DNA from: Ginglymostoma cirratum | Lineage: Eukaryota | Assembly: GCA_024137785.1 (NCBI GenBank) | Contig: JAHRHZ010000274.1 | Location: 18,452,813 to 18,516,812, forward strand | Direction of reading: 5' to 3' | Length of the DNA: 64,000 bases | In this document: positions 27,310 through 40,700 of the stretch, one piece after another | How the letters are laid out: every line of letters begins with the position of its first letter | Numbering within the stretch: the first letter of the stretch is position 1 | Made by a program: the position numbers and the translations under genes | Notes under the pieces: generated by a model | The model's input: only the letters and a program-made list of their open reading frames with translations | Database searches by the model: none | Told to the model about the DNA's origin: nothing

Positions 27310-27585
27310 CCCGTCAGGTGGATATCAAAGATCCCCGACACTAATTCAAAGAGAAGGGCAATTATCCCCGATGTCCTAACCAATACTGACGGCTCACAGA
27401 ACAAAATTAAAACAATGTTTCTGGTAAACCTTTCTTTGATGGATTTGGGAGCTTGCTGCAAGCAAATGGGCTGCTGAGTTTCCTATTCTTTACAACAACT
27501 TGAAAATAATCTATTGACTGAAAAGCAGTATTGGGACATCCTGGAGCCCTGTAAGGTGCTATAGAAATGCAAGATTTTCCTTTTA
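27310..27585 (+). mobile_element. Old Deu-domain SINE (SacSINE1/AmnSINE1-like) relic
   Basis: caggtggatatcaaagatccc...gggagcttgctgcaagcaaatgggctgc...ttgggacatcctgg...aaggtgctatagaaatgcaag resembles the Deu domain and tail as I recall the consensus. Confidence 0.6.
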
Positions 27586-27659
27586 CTGCCACTTGGAAGT
27601 GTAGTCATTGATGTGGCGCAGTAAATGGCTTTAGAAACTTCAAGACTGACACAAACAGG

Positions 27660-27900
27660 AAAGAGATGAATGACCAAATGTATCTGCTGTTTTAATGGTG
27701 TAGTTTGAGGGATAAATCTTTGGTTTAACACACCAGGTGAATTCACCACACATCTTTGAAATAGTGACAGAGAGTTTCAGTTCTACCTGAGAATGTTGTT
27801 TCATTTTAAAATCTCATGTGAAAGATGGCAACTCATTGAGGATTATTTGCTTATATCACTGGAGTGGTCTTGAACTAACAACCTCCTCCTTAGTGGTGAG
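27660..27900 (-). mobile_element. Old Deu-domain SINE relic, opposite orientation
   Basis: aatgaccaaatgtatctg...ttgagggataaatc...tctttgaaatagtg...acctgaga...tctcatgtgaaagatggca is the reverse complement of the same family. Confidence 0.5.
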
Positions 27901-29027
27901 CCTTTTACTATCAAACTATTGCTAATAATTATGCAGGATGAGCCTGATAATTACTTTGCAAACCTATGGCATTGTATATATTACAATGAGACAGTTTTTA
28001 TGTTGTCATGTAACTGTAACCTCTAAAATTAACTATGAAAATTGTAAAATCAAGCCTTACAAAGACCCAAACTTAATTAGTTCTTGCATGAGAATCTCCA
28101 GCGAGCAGCTAAGCCTGACAGATCATTAGGTATAATTTTTTTGTCTGTGTGGAGATAATTGATCTCAGCTGACATAGTTGTTTGTTGCAAAATAATTGAT
28201 TTTAGCATTTCTGAGCTAGGATGGAGAAATTGGCCAAATATTGAACTCTAGCTGTTACCATCAGCCTCTGCTGGAACAACACTTCAGGGTGGCAGGTAAG
28301 AAGAGGGTTGGTGCAATATATTTATATTATTGATCATTCTGTTTTTCACCGGCAAACATTTTTGACTGATTTTTAAAATTTGTTCATGGATTAGGGGCAT
28401 TGCCAAGATTTGTTACCCATCTCTAATTGAAAGGTTGTGGTGAGCCATCTTCTTGAACTGCTGGAGTTCCACAATTTTGCTTCTGTAGCATTTTAGGAAC
28501 TGCGATATATTTCCAATTCCATGTGAGACCTAAAGGGGAATTTGGTATTTCCAAGCCTCTGCTGTGCTTGTTCTTCGAGAACCATAGAAAATAGGAACAG
28601 GAGTGGGTCATTCAGCCCTTTGAACTTGCTCTGTGATTTAGTACAGTCAAGGCTGATTGTCCAATTCAGTATCTGAGGATCATATGGGCAAGGTTGGTGA
28701 ATGGGAAAGAGGTTCATTAGTTAGGACTGCAGGAACATAAAGCAATTCCTGAATTGACACAAGCAACACCATTGTAATTTGAGAGATTCTTTTTCATTGC
28801 ACCAAGTGTCTACTGAGAATTTCAATTGGTGAGAGATAGTCAATTTGGTTGCTAATGATGAATCTGTCTGGAAGGATGTGTGAAACATTGATTCTCAACT
28901 TCTCAGGGTTAATTTAGCATAGAAAGAGGGAAATCCATTGGAAGAGAAAGCAAAGCTTTGAACCAAAACACAGTTTCTGGTATGCAGCTGGATGAAACAA
29001 ACATTGAAACAGAAGGTTAAGGTTTAC

Positions 29028-29374
29028 AATTCATAGAATCGCTACCATGTGGAAGCAGGCTGTTTAGTTCATTGAATCCACACTGACCCTCCAAAGAGCC
29101 TCCCACCCACCAACCTGTTTCCTGTAAGGCTGCATTTCCTATTCTTAATCATTGTAGCCTGCACACCCTTGGACACTATGGACAATTTAGCATGGCCAAT
29201 CCACCTAACCTGCACATCTTTGGACTGTGGAAGGAAACCACAGCACTTGGGTGAAACCCATGCAGACATGGGGAGAATGTACAAACTCCACACAGACGAT
29301 TACCCAATGCTTGAACTGAACTTGGGTCCCTGGTGCTGGGAGGCAACATTGCTAACCATTGAGCCACCATGCCA
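29028..29374 (-). mobile_element. tRNA-derived SINE (HE1/V-SINE-like)
   Basis: Same head and core as 25935-26205, with a CR1-like tail (catagaatc). Confidence 0.85.
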
Positions 29375-30569
29375 TCTCAAAGTTGAAAGCTGACTTTCAA
29401 AGAAAAGAAAACCAAAAATTAAGTCTGGAGATGAAAAGGGACAAGACATGTTGTTTGTTCTCCTTGAAAAATAATGCAAAATAACAATGAGTTTGCGATA
29501 AGCAAGGATTTGCCTTAATTTTTACTCCATACATTCACTGGTTTCTGTGAATAAAAAGCTTATCAATACAGAAACCCCTCATTTAGAGAAGTATAAAAAG
29601 ACACAGTATCAAATTTAGATCATAAGGGGCTCCTTTTGTTAATTCCCCATATTATGCCATTCCATAATAGGCTGAACATTACAGGTACATTATCACAGTA
29701 GGACAATCAACCCGTTCATGAGAATGACCAGTACTGCTAATCCCAAATAAAATCTGAGATGGATTTCACCAAAGCATTAGGAAAGCTTGGTTGTGATGCT
29801 GTCCATAATTCATTTCCTTGTAATACTGACTGTTAAGCCTTGTAGGTAATCTTGGTAAGTGAAGAATATCAGATGTTTAAGGAACATTACACCTAAGTTA
29901 CAGCGTTATCAGGGAAGGGAGAAGGTTGAAGGAAATAAATAGTTCTTAATGGTGACTTTTAAGATTCTACCAGGAGGACAGAACTCGTCACTTCAGATCT
30001 TCAGTTTGCAGTAGTTTCACTTTAGGAAAATATTTTAGCTGAAAATTCTGGGTCTACAGTTGGGGAATCTCTGATATTGTTAAGTGTTGAAATTGCTATA
30101 AAAAAGGTTGAGGGAATGAGAAGGTTTTAGTCACCCTATATTTTGATAATTGTCTTCATCCTCCTGTTGGCATAATACAGTTCAAAGTAGCTTTAACAAC
30201 AGGGTGGTGAGCACCCTGCTAGATGAGGGATGAAGTAACAAATAAGATTCAACTCACTCTGGTGATTTGTACTCTTGACTTCAGATTAGATTAATTAGAA
30301 ATTGAAAACATGAGTTGTTTATAAGATTTTCTAATTAGGAAGTTATTGAAAATAATAAAATGAAAATCATTCAGAGGCAAAAATCTTTGTTAACCTGAAG
30401 CAGAATTTTTCAGATTGATACTGCATTGACTAGCCTACATTACATATGGCAATAAAACACTGATTATGTTGTAACTAATGATGGGTTTTGATACTGTAAT
30501 GGTTGATGGAGTTTTCTTTGTAATACCACTGCAAAATTAATATATATGTACAATATATAATGGGGAAAA

Positions 30570-30808
30570 GTACTTGCATCTAGATAGTGCCTGTAATGCG
30601 GGAAATACACAACCAATTTACACGCAGCAAACTCCCATAAGCTATAACATGAAGATAACCAGACAATTGGCTTTTGTGGTGTTGATTAAGAGATAAATAT
30701 TGATCAATGCATCAAGAATAACTCAGGAAGAGTTATTAAAACAATAGATCTTGCATGTCCGTTTGAAAGAGCAGACAGGACCTCATCTTAATATGTAATT
30801 TGCAAGAG
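30570..30808 (-). mobile_element. Old Deu-domain SINE relic
   Basis: cttgcatctagatagtgcc...ccaatttacacgcagcaaactccca...ataaccagacaa...gataaatattg. Confidence 0.55.
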
Positions 30809-31030
30809 GGGAAATTTAGGAGAATTTGTTTTATACAGTGAGTTGTTTTGATCTGAAAAGTTTTGCCTGGCAGATTTGCAGATACAAATTCAATGATAAC
30901 TTTGAAAAGAGCATTGAAAAGGATAAACATTGCAATGCTATCAGCAAAAAGCAGGAGAGTAAGTGTCATTATTTTGTAGTTCTAAAGAGTTAGTAAGGGA
31001 CAAATGGATCAAATGGCTTCTTTCTTTTCT
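30809..31030 (+). mobile_element. CR1-type LINE 3' end relic
   Basis: aggagaatttgttttatacagtgagttgtt...gatcaaatggcttctttc, similar to the better-preserved CR1 3' end at 38267-38836. Confidence 0.5.
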
Positions 31031-31489
31031 GTATCATTCTTTTATAAACTGGTTGCCAGATGAAAGTTTTTGCCCAGAAAGCTAAAATTAGCTGTCAATC
31101 AAAAGCTATCATCAGTGTATTTATCAAACTAAAGTGGATAGTGCAACAATTACAATGAACAAAGAATATCTTTGGCATTCTGCACAAATTCATTGTGTGT
31201 ATACACAATGCAGTCATCCAATTCCAATGCTGTCAATTTCTTTTCTGCACAACTATTACATCCTTTGAGAAGCGTGACTGTAAATGTCTGTCTTTTCTGA
31301 TACATATCGATTCCGCGTTGTTCCATAGTGCACCAGGTTAGGGACACATATTTAAGATGGAAATTGTACATTAAAAATATACGAAATGCAGGTGGTGTAG
31401 TTGTAATGACTTCCCTTCCCAAAATATCTGAAACTTTAACTTGTCTTTTCTGCTTTTGGATAGTGATGGTTGTGCTATGTACATATAAA

Positions 31490-31750
31490 ATTGGAAGAGA
31501 GGCTTTTAGGAATAAAGCCAAGTCGGATTTTTCCACAAAGATAGTGGAATTCAGGAAGCTTCTCTCCAATAAGTTGTGGAAGCTGAGTCAATTTAAATTT
31601 TCAAGACTGCGATCAATAGGTAACAGCATGGAAGGCTATAGGAGAAAGGTGAATAAGTGGAGTTGGAATGCACAGCAGCCATGATCTCAATGAAATCTTG
31701 GAACAGTTTTGAGGGGTTCAGTGGCTTGCTCCTGTTGCTAAGTTCTGGTT
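31490..31750 (+). mobile_element. CR1-type LINE 3' end relic
   Basis: ttttccacaaagatagtggaattcaggaagc...cagccatgatctcaatgaa...gaggggttcagtggcttgctcctgtt. Confidence 0.55.
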
Positions 31751-32365
31751 CTGGTTTAGATACATAAAATTTGCATATTAAAAAATCTACGCTATACAAG
31801 TGGCCAATGTTATAGATTGGGCAAGTATTCTGGGAAAGTAATTTGCGTACAGTAATTTGAATAATTTGCTTACTTCAGAAGAAAATATTTTTTTCTTTCC
31901 TGGAGAGGAATAAGAATAATATGAGTTTTATAAAAATGTAGCAAGTATAATCTATATAAGTTTTGTATTTGTTGAATCAATGACACTCAGCTAATGTGGA
32001 ATTTCATCCTAGATATATAAACATAGAACTCTCTATCTTGGAATTAGAATTTAATGTTTCTGAAAATTCCTGTAGTGGCTGTTTCGAGTAAGGATTCTTA
32101 GGACTCTTTTTAAAAATGAACAATAAGCTGCAGGTAAAGTCATGCTTTGATAGGTGTTTGTGTTATGTTGAATACACCAGTGTAAAATTTCTTTAGCTAC
32201 GCTAAATTAAGAAAGAATATTATCTGAACACTTTTCAAAAAATGCATCAGCTGTTCTTCCTTTATGTTGTAAGTTAAAAACTGTGTTAACATTTCTTAAA
32301 TGTTACTGTAAAGAAATGTAAACAAGAACAGAAGCATTAGGAAGTGAACTGTATTTGACACATTT

Positions 32366-32461
32366 CTGAAGAAGGGTCTAGGCCCGAAACGTCAGCCTTC
32401 CTGCTCCTCTGATACTGCTTGGCCTGCTCTGTTCATCCAGCTCTACACTTGTTATCTCTTA
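32366..32461 (+). mobile_element. Penelope-derived short element with intact hammerhead-like core
   Basis: CTGAAGA-A-GGGT(ctag)GCCC-GAAA-CGTC at 32366-32393. 8-bp direct repeat acacattt (32358-32365 / 32462-32469). Confidence 0.85.
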
Positions 32462-32521
32462 ACACATTTGTGATTTGCTTTGTCCTTGTTATCTCTTAAC
32501 ACATTTGTGATTTGCTTTGTC
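32448..32521. repeat. Perfect 37-bp tandem duplication
   Basis: cttgttatctcttaacacatttgtgatttgctttgtc x2 (32448-32484, 32485-32521). Confidence 0.95.
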
Positions 32522-35500
32522 ATCTTTTAAAGCTGAGTACTAAATTGGGTGCTATGAATGTTCAGCTCCTGGCTTCCATGTCCTCACTTTATTGCTGCTT
32601 AATTATGATTAAGTTATTGAATAATTGAATAAATCTAAATTCTTGTTGAAAATTTCTGTATGCATTTTTTTTTATTGATACTCATTAAACTGCAGCAGGA
32701 TTTTGAAAACTAGACCAGTTAAATTAAGTACACAGTTGGGAAATGTAGAAGGCAGTGTAACCTCTTTTCACCCTAACACAAATACACATCAATATTTTAA
32801 ACTATCCACATAGAATAGTACAGAAGTCACTCACCTATATGACAGGTATGCTTGCCATCAGTACAAACCAGTGTATTTTCTTAACTGCATTAGACATAAT
32901 CTGTAAGCTTTTAAGTTCTGCTGACTTCATCTTTTTATCTCAGTTTTAAAATATATATAAATACTACCTTGGATATTAAGGACATGATGATTTTTGATAG
33001 CAATGATTAATAAAGTCCATTTAAATCATATTCTTGTCAACCATTCAGTATCATTTTGTTTTTTTTATATAACATATTGTAAAAGTGCAACTTGACATAA
33101 ACATGCAGAATACGCGTACTTGTTTCCTCATAAAATAGACATAATGTAAACAATTTCTGAATTATAATTCAGAATCATAAGAATATTCAGCTCTTATCCC
33201 CAAATCTGTTTTGTTGTATGTAACTGATTTGCTGCATTGAAAATAGATAGGATCCAGAATCTGAAATAGTTATTGACCTTTTATCTTACCCACAATTCTA
33301 ATTACAGTGCTGTCCTTTAAGCACTTATCTTTATTACCAGGTCGACTCAAATGATTATTGCTAAATTATGTGCCATACAAGCTTAGCTGTGAAATATCAC
33401 AGGTTTTCTCCTTTACTCAGCTTCTCTCTTTGGTTTCATTTTGCCTCGAGTAGCACTGAAATAGATCCCTCAGAACAATGAACTTTGAAATGTAGAAAGT
33501 GGCAGATAAATTGTATTCTTCTGCTAAAAGATATTTCCAAATTAATTTTTATGGGAGCAAACAAATGTACTTTGGATTAATAGAATGACAGTTCACCTTG
33601 TAAATCATATTATATTAACTTTCAGATCTTGACTGAGAACTGTGGGGAAAGTGAGTCTTCCAGAATTCCTCTGATTGCAGCATACATTAGTCAGAAGCCT
33701 GAAGCAGGTTGCCTACTTTACTTGGCTGGCAAATGGGGCATGGGATGTGGGCGAAAAAATATCAAGAGGCTGGAGCAAAACAAACCAAAGATCAAAGCAT
33801 GTTAAAAGCAAAACAATTAGACATTTTTCTCAGGGTGACGTTGGTGGGAAAGGGAAATGGAAATTAAATCATTATCCCAGAAAAAGAAGGAAAAAAAAAC
33901 GAATTATCTAATTGAAACGAAAAGCAGCTTTGCCAAGATTGGTCTTCACATTTCAGAGGAGGTGCTACAAATACATAAAGCCAAAGCCTTCTTTCAATTT
34001 CTATTTGAGTTGTGGGAATTCTACCGTGGATATTTTTGTGCCACATTTAGCCACTTGCAGATTCAGGTTGATAACTAAGTTGCATTTAAGGTCCAATCTT
34101 CTCAGCGTTAAAATAATATTCTATTTCTCTATTTTTAATGGATTTTTAAATTAATAAATATATAAATATTTATATATAAACATGTAAGTGTTTATCTGTC
34201 AGTGTGTAGTTAACGGTTGAGTTTTTCTACCTTTTTGCAGTGATTATATTTTGATGGCAATTAAGTTGTTGTAAAGCACTTTGTAAGGTCACAAGGTCAT
34301 AAATGATGCGACATAAATGTAATTTCTTTGTCTCTCTTTTATCTTTCACTTTCCTTTTTTTCCAAATTATCTGTCAAAGCTTACTTAAAAAGTATTATGG
34401 GAGTTGAAGGTCTTTAAGGATCTCCAGGAATATTTCACATCAGTTGCATGTCTCATTTTGATTTTTCTTTTTACATTTATTGGTGCTCTTACTTATAGTT
34501 CACCAACGGGATCTGGTTATGTGGAGTATTACAGCCCAAGGGCAAAGAAAATCTATTGTCACTTATTAAAACAAATCTTTGTTATTTCTGAACATGTTCT
34601 ACTAATTCCTGTGTAGACCAATAATACTGTGTAGAGGCTTCCTCAGCTCATAATCCAAGCATTGTGTGTGAAAACACGTGCTTGAAATGTATATATAGGA
34701 CATGGTTTGAATTCACCAATTGTTTCATGATGAAACATATACTGAAATATAAGGTGTTTTATTTGTTAATGGTTCATTACTTTTTTGGCAATCATTAGCT
34801 TTTCAAATGAATGACATCTGATAAAAGATTTCAAACACAGTCCAACATCTCTGGCATTGCTGAATATTCTTAACTGTTTTTTAAACCACATCCAATTTGT
34901 ATGGATTGAGTCCTTCCTTTTTCAGCTGAAGCTGCAGTTTAGCTTAAAAAAACTTGTAATCTTACAATATCCTCTAGGAAAATGCTTCCAATGTTTTACA
35001 AAACTATGCAAACAGCCATGGGAGCTTCTTGATAATGTTTTAGGATTTGGTAAAGGCAAAGTCTCAAGGAAGTGGTCTCCACCTTCTCGTGAGAACTAAG
35101 AAATGAGAAATAAGGCCTGCAAAACATTAGCCATTGGCTGCATTGTTGACCTTTATGGACCTTATTGTATGGAATGTTTTCTTAACTTTTCTCCAATGAG
35201 GCATTAGTGTCAAGCACATTAGTTAATCAATATCATCAGAGAAGCAAAAGTTCATATCCTGATGTCGCAAACAGCTCTTCAGTGCTGAGTGTATAAGTGA
35301 AGGATGAAACTAAGGCAGGCTCCTGGTTGGGAACTGAACTCAAAATCAATTCACCACACTTAATTTAGCTGTGTTGTGAGGTTGCATTAAATAGCATGTG
35401 GAGGCAAAGATACATTTTTATAATCTGAGTTTGCATTGAAATCTTTTCTTGCTTGTATGTGCTTGTACACTGCATGTAAAATCAAGGAGCTAAATTTGCA

Positions 35501-36939
35501 AATATTTGCAAATAATACGGTGTGTGCATATGGACGATGTTACTGACCAAATGAAATTTTATACACAGATGATTAAACCTCAACCAGTCCCTCCTTGTTA
35601 TTTTCTTCTTCTCTGCTTCTGTTACTGTTCATTGATGCCATTGACAATTTCAGCATTACTATGGAGTTCAGCATGGCCCTGCTGTTATTGATCGTTGCCA
35701 TGGAAATTGTGAGCAGCCAATTGGAAAATGTACTAACGCGTATACTTAATGAATCTGCAGGATCATTGTTTGTGATGAAAAAGAGATACTGTGAAAAGCT
35801 CAATTTCAGCCTCACATTGCAACTAATGTATATCTTATAAGGGAAGCTCTGCATCGTTTTCTTTTTAAAACGTAATCAATTTTCCCACTTCAGATCTACA
35901 ATGCACCAAGAAAAAGAAACCCTCTTCACAAACATACATCACAGGCCTGTAATACAGTCTGTCCCTCTGGATTTAAAAACAAAATCATATGTTTGTTATC
36001 ATCGGGGCGATTGACATCAAGATCTGAAAACTGAACATTTTACTATTTTGTGCAGAGTTTTTTTTACTGATATCTTCTCATTGCATTGGAACAAAACAGG
36101 CGGGAGAGCAGCAAATAGCAGAGACCCAGCTGTATTAGAATCACACTCACTTTGAGATCAGAGCATTTTCTGATAGCATTTTGGTCACCAGGAGAGGAAC
36201 CTGACTGCTTTTGAGTAATTTTATGGAAGTGACGAAGTAACAATATGTTATATTTCATTTTCTTCCATTTCCAATTCACTTACATCCACTCAGATCTCCC
36301 TTTCTGTCTCTGGTAGTCCCTTGATATGAGAATGCTGCTTGCTCATGGCAAGAACCTGCAGCTGGAGTCTTTTAATATGGGGAGGCTACCACGTGGTTCT
36401 GGCTGACCAGGAAACTGTCCTGCTCTTATTGTCTGCATAGGGTTTACAGGTTGATAATCAACCTATTTAGCCATGTATTCCACACTTCTTTGGTCATATT
36501 CTCATCTACGTAAAATAGACAATTAAAATGAACAGGCAATGTTGACAAAAAGCACAACTGAAATTGAAAATCCTCACTGATATAGTTTAAAGTTTTATAG
36601 ACTCTTTATTTCTTTATTAATTTTGGTGATTCCACCTTTTATTATCATCATCCACCACATAACTGTTCCAATGTTATTTCAGTTGCAGTACAATGGATTT
36701 CTTGTGGAGATTCTTTTGTTTTTGCTTTTCAGGGAAGATACTAAACACAGGGTCATAGTGATGATTATACAGCAGGGAAAGAGTGCTGCAACTACCTAAT
36801 GATTCTCTGAAAACAATTTATACAGACAGACACACTTCAGCCTATTTGAGGAACAAAAAGAGACTCTGCTTTATAGACAAAGCAACTACTTAGTCCTCCC
36901 ATATGCTCTTAACCCAGTCTACTAGCCACCTCCGTCACA

Positions 36940-37340
36940 GATACTGCACTGTTAGTCATTGTAGAGGTTCCTACTGCCCTGAAATTCTATGCCATGAGGT
37001 AATCCCAGGCAGTCACTGGGGACATCGCTCACATCAGCCCATCAGTTGTAGACAGATCTATTAAGCAAGTCACCGATGAATTGTTTGCTTAAGTAATGTA
37101 ATTACCTCTCAATGGACAACTGGCAGCAACATAACATGGCACTCCTGATGGCAGGATTCCCTAAAGCATAAGAAGTCACACTCATGAAATAGTACAGGCT
37201 TCCTTCAAAATCCCATGACCTAAATTACCAGAAACAGATTACAACAGGTCGCTCTTTCATGATCGACAATCTGATAACATGCAAGTTAATGATTGCTTCC
37301 TTTGGAGTTTTCATGATGTTTTATTCTAAAAGCAATCAAC
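36940..37340 (+). mobile_element. PIF/Harbinger transposase relic
   Basis: Manual translation TALKFYAMR*SQAVTGDIAHISPSVVDRSIKQVTDELF, then AGFP and a decayed PGSxHD-like segment; these are HARBI1-family motifs. Confidence 0.7.
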
Positions 37341-37344
37341 TATT

Positions 37345-37713
37345 AAGATGTAACTAGTAGAATGGCACAAGGATCAGTCCTAGGGCCTCAATTATTTACA
37401 ATCTATACTAATGACTTATTGGATAAGGCGAGCGTAATGTATTCACATTTGCTGATGATACAAAAGTAGCTTGGAGAGCCTCTTGTGAGCAGGATATAAG
37501 AAATCTTCAAGGGGATATAGGTAGGTTGAGTGAGTGGGCAAAAGTTGGCAGGAGGATTTCAATGTATGAAAGTGTGAGGTCATGCACTTTGGTAGGTAGA
37601 ATCAAATGACGTACCACTATTTAAATGGAGAGAAAATCCAAAGAAGTGCAACACAAAGGGATCTGGGTTGTCTTGTGCATAAAATAGAAAAGGTTAACGT
37701 GTAGGTGCAGCAA
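37345..37713 (+). mobile_element. CR1 LINE RT fragment (left half of a split element)
   Basis: DVTS..QGSVLGPQLFTIYTNDL and FADDTK motifs; ends caggtgcagcaa-like and resumes at 41538. Confidence 0.8.
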
Positions 37714-40700
37714 GATGAAGACCAAGACAAAGACGGTGCCAGAGCATGGCGAATCTTTGCGAGCTGTCTACTGTAGATCTTATTCCTACATATCTTATAA
37801 TCATTCTGCTCTTCTAGACCTCAATTCTAAGTCTATCAGAATTACTAACAATGTTCTCTTAAATCTACTTTCAGGTTTGAAGATTATCCGACCAACAAGG
37901 CCCAATTACCGACACTCGAACAATGCTGGAAGCAAGCCCAAAGGGATCAGAGGCCTTTCAGCTTCTTGCAAGCCTGATCTGCCCGTGGAAACCCAGAACT
38001 GAGGCCTGACCAGTGTGAGAAGAGGACCCGACCCCACGGTGACCTGACATCGAAGAAGCTTGACCAGAACGACTGCAAGACTCTGAGAGTGCTCATGAAT
38101 GTGACTAGTGCCCAGGTCACCATTGGACACACCTACGTACCTTACTGATCCTGGAACCTCAAGCCCAGAAGGATCAGGGGACTTCTAGCCGCCTGCAGGC
38201 CTGACCTCTCTGGAACCAAGGTGCGACCAGCGTGGGAGCAACACCTGGCCCCGTGGTGACCCAACAGTGAGGATGTTGGTGAGACCACTTTTGGAATACT
38301 GTGTACAGTTCTGGTCACCCTTCTATAGGAAGGATATTATTAAATTGGAACGGTTCGGAGAAGATTTCCCAGGATGTTGCTGGGACTGGAGGGTTGGAGT
38401 TATAAGGAGAGGCTGGGTAGGCTGGGACTTCTTTCACTGGAGTGTAGGAGGTTGAGGGGTGACCTTATGGAGGTTTAGAAAATCATTAAGGTAATAGATA
38501 AGGTGAACAGCAAAGGTCTTTGCCATGATGTGAGGAGTTCAAAACTAGGGGCCATATTTTTAAATTGAGAGGAGAAGGATTTAAAGGGAACCTGAGGGGC
38601 AACTTTTCTTTTAAACAGAGAATGGTTTGTATGTGGAATGAACTGCCAGAGGAAGTGGTGAATGCAGGTACAGGTACAACATTTTAAAGACATTTGGACA
38701 GGCACATGAATAGGAAACCTTTCGAGCGATAAGCGCCAAACACAGGTAAACGGGATCAGTTTAGTTTGGGAAACTTGGTCGGCTTAGATGAGTTGGACTG
38801 AAGAATCTGTTTCCATGCTGTATGACTCTGTGACTCTCTCACCTTCCAAAGGGAATTGAGAAACTGGTGTATTCTCAGTTTATAGAGACATGGCTCGCTC
38901 CTGGACCAACTGACTGTGCCTTACAACCTGAGGGTTTCCTTGTTCACCAAATGGACTGCACAGCATTCTCAGGCAAGGCTTGGGGTGGTATGGTATGCTT
39001 CCTGATCAACACCTCCTGGTGCTCAGACATGGCAACCTTGGTGAGCTACTACTTGCCATACCTATAATATCTTACAGGGAAGTGCTGTCCCTACTACTTG
39101 CCACGTGGGTTGACCTCTACTATCCTGACAGGGGTCTACATCCTACCCCATGCGGAAATGAAGAATGGTCTGGATGAAGTATTCAATGCTACAAACAGTT
39201 TTGAGATGGAATACCCCGAGGCCTAGTTCATCATAGCTGTGACTTCAACCAGGTCAACCTCAAGCATGTGCTACCAAAGTACCGGCAATATGTCTTCTGT
39301 CCCACCAGAAGTCTGAACATCCTTGACCTTTGCTACCTAACCATGAATGATGCCTACTCTTCCAACCCTGTCAATATTTTTGAAAATCAGATCACAACAC
39401 TGTGCTCCTCCTCCCAGTTTACAAGCAGAAATTGAAGCGTGAGGATCCAATACAGAAATTACTGTAACATTGGTTTGAAGAAACAGAAGGGCTTCTATGG
39501 GACTGCTTAGGATTGGTGGACTGGTCCACATTCAAGAATTTAGCAGCCAATCTAAATGAGTATGCCATTACTGTTACAGACTTCATTAGTAAGTGTGTAG
39601 AAGACTGTGTGCTGAAGAAGTTAATCTGAATGCTCCCCAACTGGAAACTATGGATGAACCGGGAAATCCACTCCCTACTGAAATCCAGATCTGTGGTGTT
39701 CAAGTCGGGTGCCCCTGGCCTATACAAGAAATCCAAGAGCGACCCTTGCAAGGCCATAAGAGACACCAAAAGGCAATACCAAACCAAGCTCGAGACCCAG
39801 ATACCCGTCATTTGTGGCAAGGCTTACATGACATAACGGGCTACAAAGCGAAGTCAAACTGAATCGTGGACAACAGTACATCCCTACCTGATGAGTTCAA
39901 TGCAATCTACACTTGCTTTGAACTGAAGATCATTGAAACGATATCACCTACCCTAATAGCCTCTGATGTACCTGCACCCATGGTCACTGTTGCAGATGTC
40001 AGATTGTCCTTCTTGAGAGAGAACCAATAGAAAGCTACTGGCTCGGATGGAGATCCCAGCCGTGCAATCAGATCCTGCAGAGACCAGCTAGTGGGAGTAT
40101 TCACTGACATCTTTAACCTCTCCTTACTACGATTTGAGATTCCCACATGCTTCAAGAAGACCACGATCATCCTGGTTTCAAAGAAAGGACATGTAGCGTG
40201 CCTCAATGACCACTGCCTGACAGCTCTGAACTCCATAAATATGAAGTGCTTTGAGAGGTTAGCCATGGCTCATATCAACTCCAGTCAATCACATTGTCTT
40301 TATCCTTTGCAATTCACCCACTGGTGTAACAGGTCCCCAGCAGACAGCATCTCCCAGCCCTGCACTCATCCCTGGAACATTTGGATAAAAAGAATACCTA
40401 TGTCAGACTCCTACTTATTGACTACAGATCTGGTTTCAACACCACAATTCCAAACAAACACATCGCCAAACGCAGAGACCTAGGTCTCAGCTCCCCCATC
40501 TGCAACTGGATCCTTGCCTTCCTGACCCATTGACTGCAATATGTAAGAATATGTAAAAACATCACCTCCACAATAATCTTCAACACCAGTGCCCCACAAG
40601 GCTGCATACTCAGCCCCCTACTGTACTCCTTATACACTCTCAACTGCGTAGACAAATTCCACCTCAACTCCATTTACATGTTTGCTAATGCCATCACCAT

